A program made the translations under genes and the position numbers. From an uncultured Muribaculaceae bacterium (GTDB taxonomy: Bacteria > Bacteroidota > Bacteroidia > Bacteroidales > Muribaculaceae): a stretch of DNA of 64,000 nt. Below the pieces are notes generated by a model. The model saw only the letters and a list, made by a program, of their open reading frames with translations. It did no database searches and was not told the origin of the DNA. Shown piece by piece: positions 47,354-57,292 of the stretch; position 1 is the stretch's first letter; each line of letters starts with the position of its first letter. Location of the stretch: assembly GCA_910579035.1 (NCBI GenBank), contig CAJTSR010000003.1, positions 72,239 through 136,238 of the forward strand, in the 5' to 3' direction.

Positions 47354-49359
47354 TTTTTGCGTGTTTCTACGTCGATTTCGGTCATATTTCCTTCGTCGCC
47401 GTTGGTGGAAAGTTCGCTGTCGATTTCCTGATATACGGAATTGTTCGACTTAAATTCAGGCACCATATGCTTCATTTCGGCTACAATGTCGTGGCTGGGG
47501 CCTTTGTGAAGGCAGCCGAGAAGGTGTTCAAGATGCTGGCATACATCGTTGTAGTCGTATGTGCGCACGCGTGCTATCATAATCTTCTTATGGTGCGTGG
47601 CTATTGTGTGCTCTTTTTTGTTGAGTAATTCTTCATAGAGCTTCTCGCCGGGGCGCAGGCCGGTTTCGACAATCTCTATATCCTCGCCGGGGCGCAGTCC
47701 CGAGAGGTTTATCATTCGTGTTGCGAGATCCCATATCTTTACGGGCTGCCCCATGTCGAATATGAATATTTCACCACCTTTGCCCATACAGCCGGCTTCG
47801 AGAACGAGCGAGCAAGCCTCGGGTATGGTCATAAAGTAGCGTATAATGTCGCGGTGGGTGATAGTGATGGGGCCGCCCTGCTCGATCTGTTTGCGGAAGA
47901 GCGGGATTACCGAGCCGTTGGAGCCGAGCACATTGCCGAAGCGTGTGGTGATGAAGCTGGTGGTAGGCGTTTCGCTGCTGCCTCGCAGGTGGAAGAAGAG
48001 CGATTGCACATATATCTCGGCTATTCGTTTGGAAGCACCCATTACGTTGGTCGGGTTCACGGCCTTGTCGGTCGATATCATAACGAACTTCTCAACGCCG
48101 TATTTGACAGCGAGGTCGGCCACGTTCTTGGTGCCGAACACGTTGGTGAGAACGGCTTCCGACGGGTTGCGCTCCATCATAGGCACGTGCTTGTAGGCGG
48201 CGGCATGGAATACGTAGCGGGGCTTGTACTTGACAAACGCTCTCTCGATTCTGTCGCGGTTCGCCACGTCGCCTATGAACAGGTGTATTTTGATGTGGGG
48301 GAATGTCGATTCGAGTTCGAGCTGCATGTCGTGCATCGGGGTTTCGGCCTGGTCGAGCAGCACGATTTCAGATGCCTCCATCGATGCCACCTGGCGCACT
48401 ATCTCGCTGCCGATAGAGCCGGCAGCGCCGGTAATCATCACCACCTGTCCTTTTATGACGCTGCGGATAAGAGGATTCTCGGTCTGTATGGGTTCGCGGC
48501 CAAGTAGGTCTTCGATGCGGATATTGTGTATGTGCGTCGATAGCGCCGGCATAGTTTTGGCATTGAGGTCGAATTCCTCAATCTGGTTGAGCATTAGCAG
48601 CTTTATGTGGTTGCGCAGGAACACGTCGGCTGTTCCGCTCCGCATAAGCTCGAGCTGCGTCGACAGGAACACCAGTGTGTCGCACTTGTAGAATTCAAAA
48701 AGCTCGGCAACGGTGTCGGGGTCGAAGGGTATGATTGGTATGCCGTTGACTGTGCTGTCGATATGGCGTGAGGACAGCGACAGCAGGGCTACGGGGTCGA
48801 ACTGGCCTTCAAACTCGCTTTTGAGAGCCGAGGCGAGGAAGAAGGAGTTGATGGCGGAGCCGAGCACTATGATGCGCTTTTTATACTGGGCCACGCCTGC
48901 CACGCTGATGTAGAGATACTTTATGGCAAGTCGCATGAGCAGCATCATGGTGAATGCCATCATAGCGATTATGAAGATGTTCCAGAAGCTAAAGTAGAAG
49001 AAGCCTGCCACAAAGTATGTGAGCAGCGATGTGGCTGCGAGTATTCCCGACGCGGTAAGCACGAGCAGCACGAGTTTGTAGGTGTCCTCGATAACGGACA
49101 AGCGGATAATGTAGCGGCTTGTGCCGAGGACGAGCGCGAGGATAGAGTAGGTGCCAAATTCTATAATTGCACGACAAAGGGGTGTGAAGATAAAAGAATC
49201 CCCATACGTGTAGTGATACCCGAAAGCCAAGGTCAGCGAACAGCTGACAGCTATCAGTATCAAATCGGCAAGCAAAACCATCCATTTTGGCGAAGGTTTG
49301 GCAATAAACGAACGTATTATACCCGAATTCGCCAGCGCTTTGATGATTTTCTTTTTCAT
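47350..49359 (-). CDS. CapD/PglF-type membrane UDP-sugar 4,6-dehydratase
   Basis: 4 TM N-terminus; IEDLLGR, TGAAGSIGSE, HAAAYKHVP, STDKAVNP, RFGNVLGS. Confidence 0.93.
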   Translation of the reverse strand: MKKKIIKALANSGIIRSFIAKPSPKWMVLLADLILIAVSCSLTLAFGYHYTYGDSFIFTPLCRAIIEFGTYSILALVLGTSRYIIRLSVIEDTYKLVLLVLTASGILAATSLLTYFVAGFFYFSFWNIFIIAMMAFTMMLLMRLAIKYLYISVAGVAQYKKRIIVLGSAINSFFLASALKSEFEGQFDPVALLSLSSRHIDSTVNGIPIIPFDPDTVAELFEFYKCDTLVFLSTQLELMRSGTADVFLRNHIKLLMLNQIEEFDLNAKTMPALSTHIHNIRIEDLLGREPIQTENPLIRSVIKGQVVMITGAAGSIGSEIVRQVASMEASEIVLLDQAETPMHDMQLELESTFPHIKIHLFIGDVANRDRIERAFVKYKPRYVFHAAAYKHVPMMERNPSEAVLTNVFGTKNVADLAVKYGVEKFVMISTDKAVNPTNVMGASKRIAEIYVQSLFFHLRGSSETPTTSFITTRFGNVLGSNGSVIPLFRKQIEQGGPITITHRDIIRYFMTIPEACSLVLEAGCMGKGGEIFIFDMGQPVKIWDLATRMINLSGLRPGEDIEIVETGLRPGEKLYEELLNKKEHTIATHHKKIMIARVRTYDYNDVCQHLEHLLGCLHKGPSHDIVAEMKHMVPEFKSNNSVYQEIDSELSTNGDEGNMTEIDVETRKK

Positions 49360-49412
49360 AGTGTATGTAAAGCTTTACGGTTTAATGTCATGAGGGATAG
49401 CCTAACGTGATG

Positions 49413-49420
49413 CAAAGATA
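49413..49420 (-). promoter_or_regulatory. -7 promoter element for the capD-like gene
   Basis: TATCTTTG on the minus strand. Confidence 0.6.
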
Positions 49421-49463
49421 GCGAAAATTTATTAAAGAAAGAAGTTTTATATTCTCTATAATT

Positions 49464-49505
49464 AAAAAGCGCTCCGGGCAGGTTTCTGAACCGCTCGGAG
49501 CGCTT
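49464..49505 (-). terminator. Intrinsic terminator after the FKBP gene
   Basis: AAGCGCTCCG...CGGAGCGCTT stem with an A run on the plus strand (U tract on minus). Confidence 0.75.
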
Positions 49506-49518
49506 GTGGAATTTCTGA

Positions 49519-50085
49519 TTATTTTCCGTATGGCGGTTTTTCGTAATATGGAATGTCGACCAGGCGTATGTTGAACCGTAGATTGGAGTATGGCGGTATG
49601 TCGCCGAGGTTCTGTGAGCCGTATGCCACGCCGTAGGGGAGTACTACCTGCGCCGTGTCGCCGCACCGCATGTCGGTAAGCGCCATGGCCCAGCCCTGAA
49701 CGGTGTTGTTGAGGCGTGTGCGGAAGATTCCGGGCGCCGGGTCGGTGTTGTAGGCCGACGAGTCCACGCGGGTGTCATTGTACAGGTAGAGGGTGTAGCG
49801 GGTGTCGATGGTGCTTGTGTAGAGCGGGCTGAGGTTGCCTTCGGTTTCGCTGCGGTCGTTGAAATAGTGTATCAGCACGAAGGAGCCGGGGTTCCAGTCG
49901 GGCACTATCACTTTGTAGTAAGGCGTGCCGTCGGGGTTCTTGAGAGCCTGCTGCTCTTTGAGCCAGGCTTCGTTGCTTTCTCGCCACTGGGCGTATTCTT
50001 CCCATGTGGTCTTTTCGTCGTTGTCGCACGATGATGTTCCGAGTGCAACTGCCAGTATGGCTATTATTCCGATTATGTATCTCAT
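49519..50085 (-). CDS. FKBP-type peptidyl-prolyl isomerase lipoprotein
   Basis: Lipobox TSSC; VQGW, PYGVAYG, IPPYSNLRFNIRL. Confidence 0.9.
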   Translation of the reverse strand: MRYIIGIIAILAVALGTSSCDNDEKTTWEEYAQWRESNEAWLKEQQALKNPDGTPYYKVIVPDWNPGSFVLIHYFNDRSETEGNLSPLYTSTIDTRYTLYLYNDTRVDSSAYNTDPAPGIFRTRLNNTVQGWAMALTDMRCGDTAQVVLPYGVAYGSQNLGDIPPYSNLRFNIRLVDIPYYEKPPYGK

Positions 50086-50090
50086 TGCGG

Positions 50091-50702
50091 TCAGAATTGT
50101 ACGGTGGGCGCGTTGGCGGCCTGCGGGTCGGCCTGGAACTGAGGCTTGGCGCTAAAGCCGAATATGCCGGCCCAGATGTTGGCGGGGAAGCGCTTCACGG
50201 CCACGTTGTATTTTTTGACAATTTCTGTATAGCGTCCGCGTTCGGTCGCTATGCGGTTCTCGGTGCCTTCGAGCACGGTCTGCAGGTTTGTGAACTGCGT
50301 GTCGGCCTTGAGGTCGGGATAGGCTTCGCGGACAGCGTTGACGTATATGCTGAGCGCTTTGTTGAGCTTTTCCTGAGAAGCTGCGAAATTGTTGAAACTC
50401 TGCTCGTTGGCAGGGTCTACGTTGTCGTTGGCGCGGGCGTCGTTGTAGGCGTCGGAGAGTCCTGCGCGGGCGCGGGTCACGTTCTCGTAGGTCTTGCTTT
50501 CGTGGGCGGCATACCCTTTGACGGTTTCGACCATGTTGGGTATGAGGTCCATGCGGCGCTGATACTGAACCTGCACCTTGCCCCATACTTCTTCCACTTC
50601 CTGCTCGAGAGTCGTCATATTGTTATATGCCGACTTGCCGGTAAAGAAAGCGATAAGTACGAGTACTACTATTACGCCGATTACTATGTACGATTTTTTC
50701 AT
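50091..50702 (-). CDS. lemA: LemA family protein
   Basis: QRRMDLIPNMV, EAYPDLKAD, TENRIATER. Confidence 0.93.
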   Translation of the reverse strand: MKKSYIVIGVIVVLVLIAFFTGKSAYNNMTTLEQEVEEVWGKVQVQYQRRMDLIPNMVETVKGYAAHESKTYENVTRARAGLSDAYNDARANDNVDPANEQSFNNFAASQEKLNKALSIYVNAVREAYPDLKADTQFTNLQTVLEGTENRIATERGRYTEIVKKYNVAVKRFPANIWAGIFGFSAKPQFQADPQAANAPTVQF

Positions 50703-50728
50703 TGTTGCGGGGAGAGTGTTTATGAGTG

Positions 50729-52273
50729 TTATTTAAGTTTGCGCAGCAGTGATGCGAGGCTCACGCGGTCGTGGATAAGACGGTGGAGGTCGTCGATGGC
50801 CACGCGTGTCTGCTCCATGGAGTCGCGTTCGCGGAGGGTCACGGTGTTGTCCTCGAGCGTCTGGTGGTCGACAGTGATACAGTAGGGAGTGCCTATTGCG
50901 TCCTGACGGCGGTAGCGCTTGCCGATGGCGTCTTTCTCCTCGTAGTGTGTGGCGAAGTCAAACTTGAGTTCGTCGACGATTTCGCGGGCTTTTTCGGGAA
51001 GTCCGTCCTTGCGCACCAAGGGCAGCACGGCGCATTTTACGGGCGCCAAGGGTGCCGGCAGGTGGAGCACAACGCGGGTGTCGCCTCCGGGCAGCTGCTC
51101 TTCCTCGTAGCTCGAGCAGAGCACGCTGAGGAACATGCGGTCAACACCTATCGATGTTTCAATAACATATGGGGTGTAGCTTTCGTTTATTTCGGGGTCG
51201 AAATACTGGATCTTCTTTCCGGAGAATTTCTCGTGCTGCGAGAGGTCGAAGTTGGTGCGGCTGTGTATGCCTTCCACTTCCTTGAAACCGAAAGGCATCT
51301 GGAACTCGATGTCGGTGGCGGCGTTGGCGTAGTGGGCGAGTTTGTCGTGGTCGTGGTAGCGGTATTTTTCATCGCCGAGGCCGAGAGCCTTGTGCCACTT
51401 GAGGCGCCATTCCTTCCACTGGCTGAACCATGTGAGTTCCTCGCCCGGGCGCACGAAGAACTGCATTTCCATCTGCTCGAACTCGCGCATTCGGAAGATG
51501 AACTGGCGTGCCACGATTTCGTTGCGGAAAGCCTTGCCTATCTGCGCTATGCCGAAGGGAATGCGCATGCGGCCGGTCTTCTGCACGTTGAGGTAGTTCA
51601 CGAATATGCCCTGAGCCGTTTCGGGACGCAGGTACACCGACATGGAGCCGTCGGCGGTAGAGCCCATTTCGGTTTTGAACATGAGGTTGAACTGGCGTAC
51701 CTCGGTCCAGTTCTTGGTGCCGGATATGGGGCAGACGATTTCTTCGTCGACTATAATCTGGCGGAGTTCTTCGAGGTTGTTGTCGTTCATAGCCTGCGCG
51801 AAGCGTTCGTGCAGGGCGTCGCGCTTGGCCTGAAGCTCGAGCACGCGTCCGTTGGTGGCGCGGAACTGTGCCTCGTCGAAGCTTTCGCCGAAGCGTTTTG
51901 CAGCCTTGGCTATCTCTTTGGCGATTTTGTCGTCGATTTTTGCAAGATGGTCCTCGATGAGCACGTCGGCGCGATAGCGCTTTTTGGAGTCGCGGTTGTC
52001 AATCAGGGGGTCGTTGAACGCGTCGACGTGGCCTGAAGCCTTCCATATGGTGGGGTGCATGAATATGGCCGAGTCGATGCCGACGATGTTCTCGTGGAGC
52101 AGCGTCATGGCGTCCCACCAGTAACGCTTGATGTTGTTTTTGAGTTCTACGCCGTTCTGGCCGTAGTCGTAAACGGCAGAAAGGCCGTCGTATATTTCGC
52201 TTGAAGGAAAGACGAAACCGTACTCCTTGGCATGGGACACGATTTTCTTGAAAACGTCTTCTTGCTGAGCCAT
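50729..52273 (-). CDS. glyS: Glycine--tRNA ligase (alpha2 type)
   Basis: LRPETAQG, FRNEI, FRMREFEQME, IGKRYRRQDAIG. Confidence 0.95.
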   Translation of the reverse strand: MAQQEDVFKKIVSHAKEYGFVFPSSEIYDGLSAVYDYGQNGVELKNNIKRYWWDAMTLLHENIVGIDSAIFMHPTIWKASGHVDAFNDPLIDNRDSKKRYRADVLIEDHLAKIDDKIAKEIAKAAKRFGESFDEAQFRATNGRVLELQAKRDALHERFAQAMNDNNLEELRQIIVDEEIVCPISGTKNWTEVRQFNLMFKTEMGSTADGSMSVYLRPETAQGIFVNYLNVQKTGRMRIPFGIAQIGKAFRNEIVARQFIFRMREFEQMEMQFFVRPGEELTWFSQWKEWRLKWHKALGLGDEKYRYHDHDKLAHYANAATDIEFQMPFGFKEVEGIHSRTNFDLSQHEKFSGKKIQYFDPEINESYTPYVIETSIGVDRMFLSVLCSSYEEEQLPGGDTRVVLHLPAPLAPVKCAVLPLVRKDGLPEKAREIVDELKFDFATHYEEKDAIGKRYRRQDAIGTPYCITVDHQTLEDNTVTLRERDSMEQTRVAIDDLHRLIHDRVSLASLLRKLK

Positions 52274-52396
52274 ATTGATGTCGTGTTGGTTGGTGTTATA
52301 TAGACTTTCTTGTTTTAAGCCACAAAATTAAGCAATAATGCTTTGGCAATTGTGATGAGGAGCATTAAAAACACTTAAAAAGTGCCTCGGAGGGTG

Positions 52397-53197
52397 TCAG
52401 AATGATGCCGGGGAGTCGGCATTATCAGGCTCGAATATGGCGTTGAGCACCCGGGCGAGCCTGAGGCCTCCGCGCAGAAGCTGCTGCTCGATTACGGGCG
52501 TCCATGCGGCAATCTGGTTGTAGGACACCCGCGAGCCGGAGGGGAAGTAGTCGTACACGCGAGTGGCGATCTCGTAGGTTTCGCGGCCCCAGTCGTCGAT
52601 GTTTCCGGCAGCGGTGGCGCGTTCTACCTCCGGCGACAGCCTGTCGAGCTGTTGCTGCCATTCGGTGTAGGACCATGCGTGGCCGCTGTTCATAATCGAG
52701 CCGTCCCAGATGGAATGCAGGTTGGAGTCGCGGTCGAAGAAACGCACCTTGACGTTGTTGCCTCCGCGGTCGGTGAAATGCCCCATGTGCATCGGCTGGT
52801 GCATGTCGCCGATAAGGTGTATGAGTATTTTGAGCGCGAGCTGCTTCTGGCTTCTTGTCGACACACTGTCGGCGAGTATGGCTATCTGCTCGCGGGCGGC
52901 AGACACAACGTCGCCGCTTTTGATGGTTGGCGCTTCGTCGTACGGCGTGCCTGCATCTATGTTCTTGTAGTGCCAAGTCTTGGTGTAGGCGTAGTCGGGG
53001 GTGTGGCTTGCGTTGTCGAGCCAGTTGGCCCAGTATACGGGCGATTTGCCGTCGAGCAGCGAGGCCACGGAATCGGCGGCGGCTTCGGAGAGGTGTTTCT
53101 CGGCTATGTACGCCACGGTGTCGTGTCCTTTCTGGCTCCAGCCAAAGGCGGCGACGGCGCTCATTGCTGCGGCGAGCAATACTATTGTTTTTTTCAT
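52397..53197 (-). CDS. S1/P1 nuclease, secreted
   Basis: WSQKGH, WHY, HLIGDMHQPMH, DRGGN, NLHSIWD. Confidence 0.93.
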   Translation of the reverse strand: MKKTIVLLAAAMSAVAAFGWSQKGHDTVAYIAEKHLSEAAADSVASLLDGKSPVYWANWLDNASHTPDYAYTKTWHYKNIDAGTPYDEAPTIKSGDVVSAAREQIAILADSVSTRSQKQLALKILIHLIGDMHQPMHMGHFTDRGGNNVKVRFFDRDSNLHSIWDGSIMNSGHAWSYTEWQQQLDRLSPEVERATAAGNIDDWGRETYEIATRVYDYFPSGSRVSYNQIAAWTPVIEQQLLRGGLRLARVLNAIFEPDNADSPASF

Positions 53198-53212
53198 TGC
53201 GGGTTTTGTGAA

Positions 53213-53266
53213 AAAGAACAGCGAACCGCGTTCCGGGCGATATCGCCGGGTTTGCAGTTCGCTGTA
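53213..53266 (-). terminator. Intrinsic terminator after rpmA
   Basis: ACAGCGAAC...GTTCGCTGT stem followed by a U tract on the minus strand. Confidence 0.7.
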
Positions 53267-53294
53267 TGGGAGTGCTTATGGGGTAGGTCGATGC

Positions 53295-53558
53295 TTATGC
53301 TTCGGCTACGGGCTGCACGTTGATGAATTTGCGACCGTTGCGTCCTTCGGTGAACTGCACCGTACCGTTCACGAGAGCGTACAGGGTGTGGTCCTTGCCG
53401 ATGCCTACGTTGAGGCCGGGGTGGTGCACGGTGCCGCGCTGGCGCTTGATGATGTTGCCGGCTTTGGCAAACTGGCCGCCAAAAATCTTAACGCCCAGTC
53501 GTTTGCTTTCTGATTCGCGGCCGTTCTTAGAACTGCCGACGCCTTTTTTGTGTGCCAT
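53295..53558 (-). CDS. rpmA: 50S ribosomal protein L27
   Basis: [16 protein letters not shown]. Confidence 0.97.
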   Translation of the reverse strand: MAHKKGVGSSKNGRESESKRLGVKIFGGQFAKAGNIIKRQRGTVHHPGLNVGIGKDHTLYALVNGTVQFTEGRNGRKFINVQPVAEA

Positions 53559-53584
53559 AGTTGGTTCTGGTTCTTAAGCTGGGG

Positions 53585-53905
53585 TTATGCAATGATGTCT
53601 TTGATGACAATTTTGGTGAAGTACTGGCGATGGCCGTTTTTGCGGCGGTAGCCTTTGCGACGTTTTTTCTTGAACACGATTACCTTGTCGCCTTTTACGA
53701 GGGGGGTAGCGATTTCGCATACCACTTTGGCACCTTCCACGGTGGGGGCGCCTACTTTTACTTCGCCGTCGGCGTCGGCAAGGAGAACGCGGTCAAATTC
53801 TACGCTGTCGCCTTCCTTTACATTGTCGCCCAGGTAGTGCACATACAGAAAGCGGTCTTTTTCGGCCTTGAACTGCTGGCCCTGGATTTCTACGATTACG
53901 TACAT
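53585..53905 (-). CDS. rplU: 50S ribosomal protein L21
   Basis: [28 protein letters not shown]. Confidence 0.97.
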   Translation of the reverse strand: MYVIVEIQGQQFKAEKDRFLYVHYLGDNVKEGDSVEFDRVLLADADGEVKVGAPTVEGAKVVCEIATPLVKGDKVIVFKKKRRKGYRRKNGHRQYFTKIVIKDIIA

Positions 53906-53997
53906 TTATTTATTGAAAATAAGTTAACCCGCTGAGGCGGAGGCGTATGCAGCAGCATTTCCTCACTTTTGGACGCCTATTGCGGAAATTCAGCCCA

Positions 53998-54005
53998 CAA
54001 AAGTA
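53998..54005 (-). promoter_or_regulatory. -7 promoter element for rplU-rpmA
   Basis: TACTTTTG on the minus strand. Confidence 0.6.
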
Positions 54006-54077
54006 CAAAATCTTGCGCGTTCCCGCAAATATTTGGCAGGATTAGCGCAAGATTTTGGTAAAGAAGTTGCTAAGAGC

Positions 54078-55322
54078 TTATTCGAGGGAGTGGATTACGA
54101 GGCCGGAACGCAGTTTCGGCTCGAACCATGTGGTCTTGGGCGGCATTATGTTGCCGGTGTCGGCAATGTTCATAAGCTGCTCCATGCTCACGGGGTAAAG
54201 GGCGAGGGCAAACGCCATTTCGCCGCTGTCGACGCGCTGCTTGAGCTCGCCGAGGCCGCGTATGCCTCCCACGAAGTCGATCCGCTTGTCGGAGCGGAGG
54301 TCGGTTATGCCTATGATGTCGCGAAGTATCAGGTCGGACGATATTGTAACGTCGAGCACGCCGATGGGGTCGGAGTCGTTGTACGTGCCGGGGCGCGCTG
54401 TCAGCGAGTACCAGTGTCCTTCGAGGTATAGCGCGAAATTGTGGAGGGCTTCAGGGGTGTATGTTTCGGTGCCTTTGTCCACTACCACAAACTTGTGCTC
54501 GAGTCTTTCGAGGAATTCCTCGGGCGACAGGCCGTTGAGGTCGCGCACCACGCGGTTGTAATCGATTATTTTGAGGTGCGAGGCGGGGAATGCCACGGCA
54601 AGGAAGTAGTTGTACTCCTCGTCGCCCTTGTGGTCGGGGTTGAGGCGCGCTTTCTCGTTGCCAACCAGGGCCGCCGCTGCGGAGCGGTGATGGCCGTCGG
54701 CTATGTACAGGTAAGGTATTTTGGCAAATTCTTCGGTTATCTTTGCGGTTATTGCCGGGTCTTTGACCACCCAGAAGTGGTGGCCGAAGCCGTCGGGGGC
54801 GGTGAAGTCGTATTCAGGCTCGCCGGCGGCCACGGTGCGTATCACTTCTTCGAGTGCCTCGTTGTCGGGGAAGGCGAAGAACACCGGCTCGATGTTGGCG
54901 TTGTTGATGCGGACGTGCTTCATGCGGTCTTCTTCCTTGTCGCGGCGGGTAAGCTCGTGCTTTTTGATGCGGCCTTCCATATAGTCGTCAACGAACGCTG
55001 CTACCACGATGCCGTACTGTGTGCGGCCGTCCATGGTCTGGGCGTAGATGTAGTAGTGTTCCTGCTCGTCCTGCACCAGCCAGCCGTTGCGGCGGAATGC
55101 GGCGAAGTTCTCCACGGCTTTGTCGTAGACCTCGGGGGCGTGTTCGTCGGTACCCGGGGCGAAGTCTATTTCAGGCTTTATGATATGGTAAAGCGATTTG
55201 GGGTTGCCTTCGGCTTCTGCGCGGGCTTCTTCGCTGTTGAGCACGTCGTAGGGGCGCGATGCGACTTCTGTCACCATCTGGCGCGGGGGGCGGATGCCTC
55301 TGAAGGGTTTGACTTTGGCCAT
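54078..55322 (-). CDS. DUF1015 family protein
   Basis: Start MAKVKPF; PYDV, IKKHELTR, YIADGHHR, MPPKTTWFEPK. Confidence 0.9.
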   Translation of the reverse strand: MAKVKPFRGIRPPRQMVTEVASRPYDVLNSEEARAEAEGNPKSLYHIIKPEIDFAPGTDEHAPEVYDKAVENFAAFRRNGWLVQDEQEHYYIYAQTMDGRTQYGIVVAAFVDDYMEGRIKKHELTRRDKEEDRMKHVRINNANIEPVFFAFPDNEALEEVIRTVAAGEPEYDFTAPDGFGHHFWVVKDPAITAKITEEFAKIPYLYIADGHHRSAAAALVGNEKARLNPDHKGDEEYNYFLAVAFPASHLKIIDYNRVVRDLNGLSPEEFLERLEHKFVVVDKGTETYTPEALHNFALYLEGHWYSLTARPGTYNDSDPIGVLDVTISSDLILRDIIGITDLRSDKRIDFVGGIRGLGELKQRVDSGEMAFALALYPVSMEQLMNIADTGNIMPPKTTWFEPKLRSGLVIHSLE

Positions 55323-55390
55323 TTTTCTTGATTTAGATTCTTGGTTTGTATATGTTCCGCCTGCCGGCAAGCAGGCGGAACGTGTGTTTG

Positions 55391-56692
55391 TTAATGGCGG
55401 ATTATGGTTTCTTCGCGGTCGGGGCCTACCGATATCACGGCTACGGGAACTCCGAGCTTCTGCTCGATGTAGGCCACGTAGTTGCGGAACGCTTCGGGAA
55501 GCTCTTCTTCGGAGCGGGCCGACGACAGTACTGTGCGCCAGCCGGGCAGCTCTTCGTAGATAGGCTCGGCTATGCCGGCGCCTTCGGCGTTGTTGCCGAC
55601 GCTGAAGGGGAAGTCGGTGGTGATGCTTCCGTCGGGCATGCGGTAGGCGGTGCATACCTTTATGGTGTCGAAGCCGTCGAGGACGTCGCTCTTCATCATA
55701 ATCAGATGGGTGGCGCCGTTTATCATCACGGCGTAGCGCAGCGCAACGAGGTCGAGCCAGCCGCAACGGCGTTCGCGGCCTGTCACAGCGCCGTACTCAT
55801 GGCCGATGTTGCGGATCGTGGCGCCCGTTTCGTCGAAAAGCTCGGTGGGGAAGGGGCCGCTGCCCACACGGGTGCAGTATGCCTTGAAGATGCCGTACAC
55901 GCGGCCTATGCGGCCGGGAGCGAGGCCGAGTCCGGTGCAGGCTCCTGCGGCAACGGTGTTGCTCGAGGTCACGAAGGGATATGAGCCGAAGTCTACGTCG
56001 AGCATGGTGCCCTGCGCGCCTTCGCAGAGTATGCTGCGGCCGCCGTCAAGCTCCTTGTTTACGAAGTGCTCCGAGTCGATGAGGTCGTAGCCGCGCAGGT
56101 ACTCGATGGCGTCGAGCCATTCCTTCTCCATGGCCGCGAACTCGGGAGTTCCGGCAGGCGATGCCCCGAAAGCCTCGAGGGTTTCGATATGGGCGTCGCG
56201 GGCCGACTGGTAGCGGGCGTCGAAGTCGGGCTGCACGGTGTCGCCGATGCGGAGGCCGCGGCGCGATACCTTGTCGGTATATGTCGGGCCGATGCCTTTG
56301 CCCGTGGTGCCGATTTTGGAAGCGCCTTTGGCGCGCTCTCCTGCGGCGTCGAGCAGGCGGTGGGTGGGCATTATCAGGTGTGCCTTTTTGGATATTTTGA
56401 GGATAGAGTGCAGGTCTACGCCATCGGCTTCGAGCTGCTCGGCTTCTGCGCGGAACAGCACGGGGTCGAGCACCACGCCGTTGCCTATCACGTTCACCCT
56501 CGATCCTCCGGCGAACACGCCCGACGGAATGGAGCGTAGCACGTGTTTGTGGCCGTCGAACTCAAGGGTATGTCCGGCGTTGGGCCCGCCTTGGAAACGA
56601 GCCACTATATCGTATTTGGGGGCGAGGACATCGACAATCTTGCCTTTGCCTTCGTCGCCCCATTGCAGGCCAAGAAGAATATCGGCTTTCAT
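55391..56692 (-). CDS. purA: Adenylosuccinate synthetase
   Basis: QWGDEGKGK, GGPNAGHT, GAQG, TGRERRCGW. Confidence 0.97.
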   Translation of the reverse strand: MKADILLGLQWGDEGKGKIVDVLAPKYDIVARFQGGPNAGHTLEFDGHKHVLRSIPSGVFAGGSRVNVIGNGVVLDPVLFRAEAEQLEADGVDLHSILKISKKAHLIMPTHRLLDAAGERAKGASKIGTTGKGIGPTYTDKVSRRGLRIGDTVQPDFDARYQSARDAHIETLEAFGASPAGTPEFAAMEKEWLDAIEYLRGYDLIDSEHFVNKELDGGRSILCEGAQGTMLDVDFGSYPFVTSSNTVAAGACTGLGLAPGRIGRVYGIFKAYCTRVGSGPFPTELFDETGATIRNIGHEYGAVTGRERRCGWLDLVALRYAVMINGATHLIMMKSDVLDGFDTIKVCTAYRMPDGSITTDFPFSVGNNAEGAGIAEPIYEELPGWRTVLSSARSEEELPEAFRNYVAYIEQKLGVPVAVISVGPDREETIIRH

Positions 56693-57186
56693 TTAAGTGT
56701 ATGTTTTTTTGATGATGAATTTACTTTTTTAGTTCCGGCTTTCGCCCTGCGCGCGCATGCCGAACACACGCCGTGGACGGTGAGCGAGAATTGCGCCGGG
56801 GTGAACGCCGAGTAGCGCCGGGTGCGCAGATACTCGTCGAGCGCGGGATCGCGCACGTCTTTGACACGCCCGCATTTGCTGCACACGAGGTGGTGGTGAG
56901 CCTCTCCGGCCAGTTCGTAGACCGTAGTGGCGCCGTCGAAGCAGCGGCTTGCGAGTATGCCGGCTTCGAGAAACATCTCCACGGTGTTGTATACCGTGGC
57001 GCGCGCTATGCGTTCGCCGTCTTTCTCAAGAACACGACAAAGCCGCTCGACCGAAAAATGCCCTCTGAGGCTTTCGGCCGCCGACAGGATTGTAAACCGT
57101 TCCGGCGTGCGCCGGCGGTGTGTACGCTCCAAGTACTCGCTCAGTATTTGCGAGGCGCCGCTGTTCTTGTGGGATTCGACGTTCAT
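56689..57186 (-). CDS. Fur family transcriptional regulator
   Basis: RRTPER, RATVYNT, HHHLVCSKC, GVCSAC; ATGA overlap with purA. Confidence 0.9.
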   Translation of the reverse strand: MNVESHKNSGASQILSEYLERTHRRRTPERFTILSAAESLRGHFSVERLCRVLEKDGERIARATVYNTVEMFLEAGILASRCFDGATTVYELAGEAHHHLVCSKCGRVKDVRDPALDEYLRTRRYSAFTPAQFSLTVHGVCSACARRAKAGTKKVNSSSKKHTLK

Positions 57187-57216
57187 TAGCACCCGGGACG
57201 TGGTTGTTGACGTGGG

Positions 57217-57264
57217 CAAATTTACGAATAATTTTCCGTTCTCTGATAAAAAACAGTAACTTTG
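57217..57264. promoter_or_regulatory. Divergent -7 elements for the fur-like gene and prmA
   Basis: TAAATTTG (minus, 57217..57224) and TAACTTTG (plus, 57257..57264). Confidence 0.55.
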
Positions 57265-57292
57265 CAATACTATCATTAAGGCCGACATTATT

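Noticed and set aside
52397..53197. S1/P1 nuclease (and YraN at 42783) as defence nucleases
   Set aside because: Ordinary composition and housekeeping context; the S1/P1 protein is secreted, consistent with nucleotide scavenging.
54007..54057. Inverted repeat AAAATCTTGCGC/GCGCAAGATTTT as an invertible promoter
   Set aside because: The -7 element lies outside the repeats and no recombinase is nearby; better explained as the DUF1015 gene terminator.
55323..55766. N-terminal extension of the DUF1015 ORF in the track
   Set aside because: Overlaps purA in another frame; the family start is MAKVKPF at 55322.
56689..57186. Fur-family gene coupled to purA as a novel regulatory link
   Set aside because: To my knowledge a common Bacteroidales gene order; nothing distinctive in this sequence.
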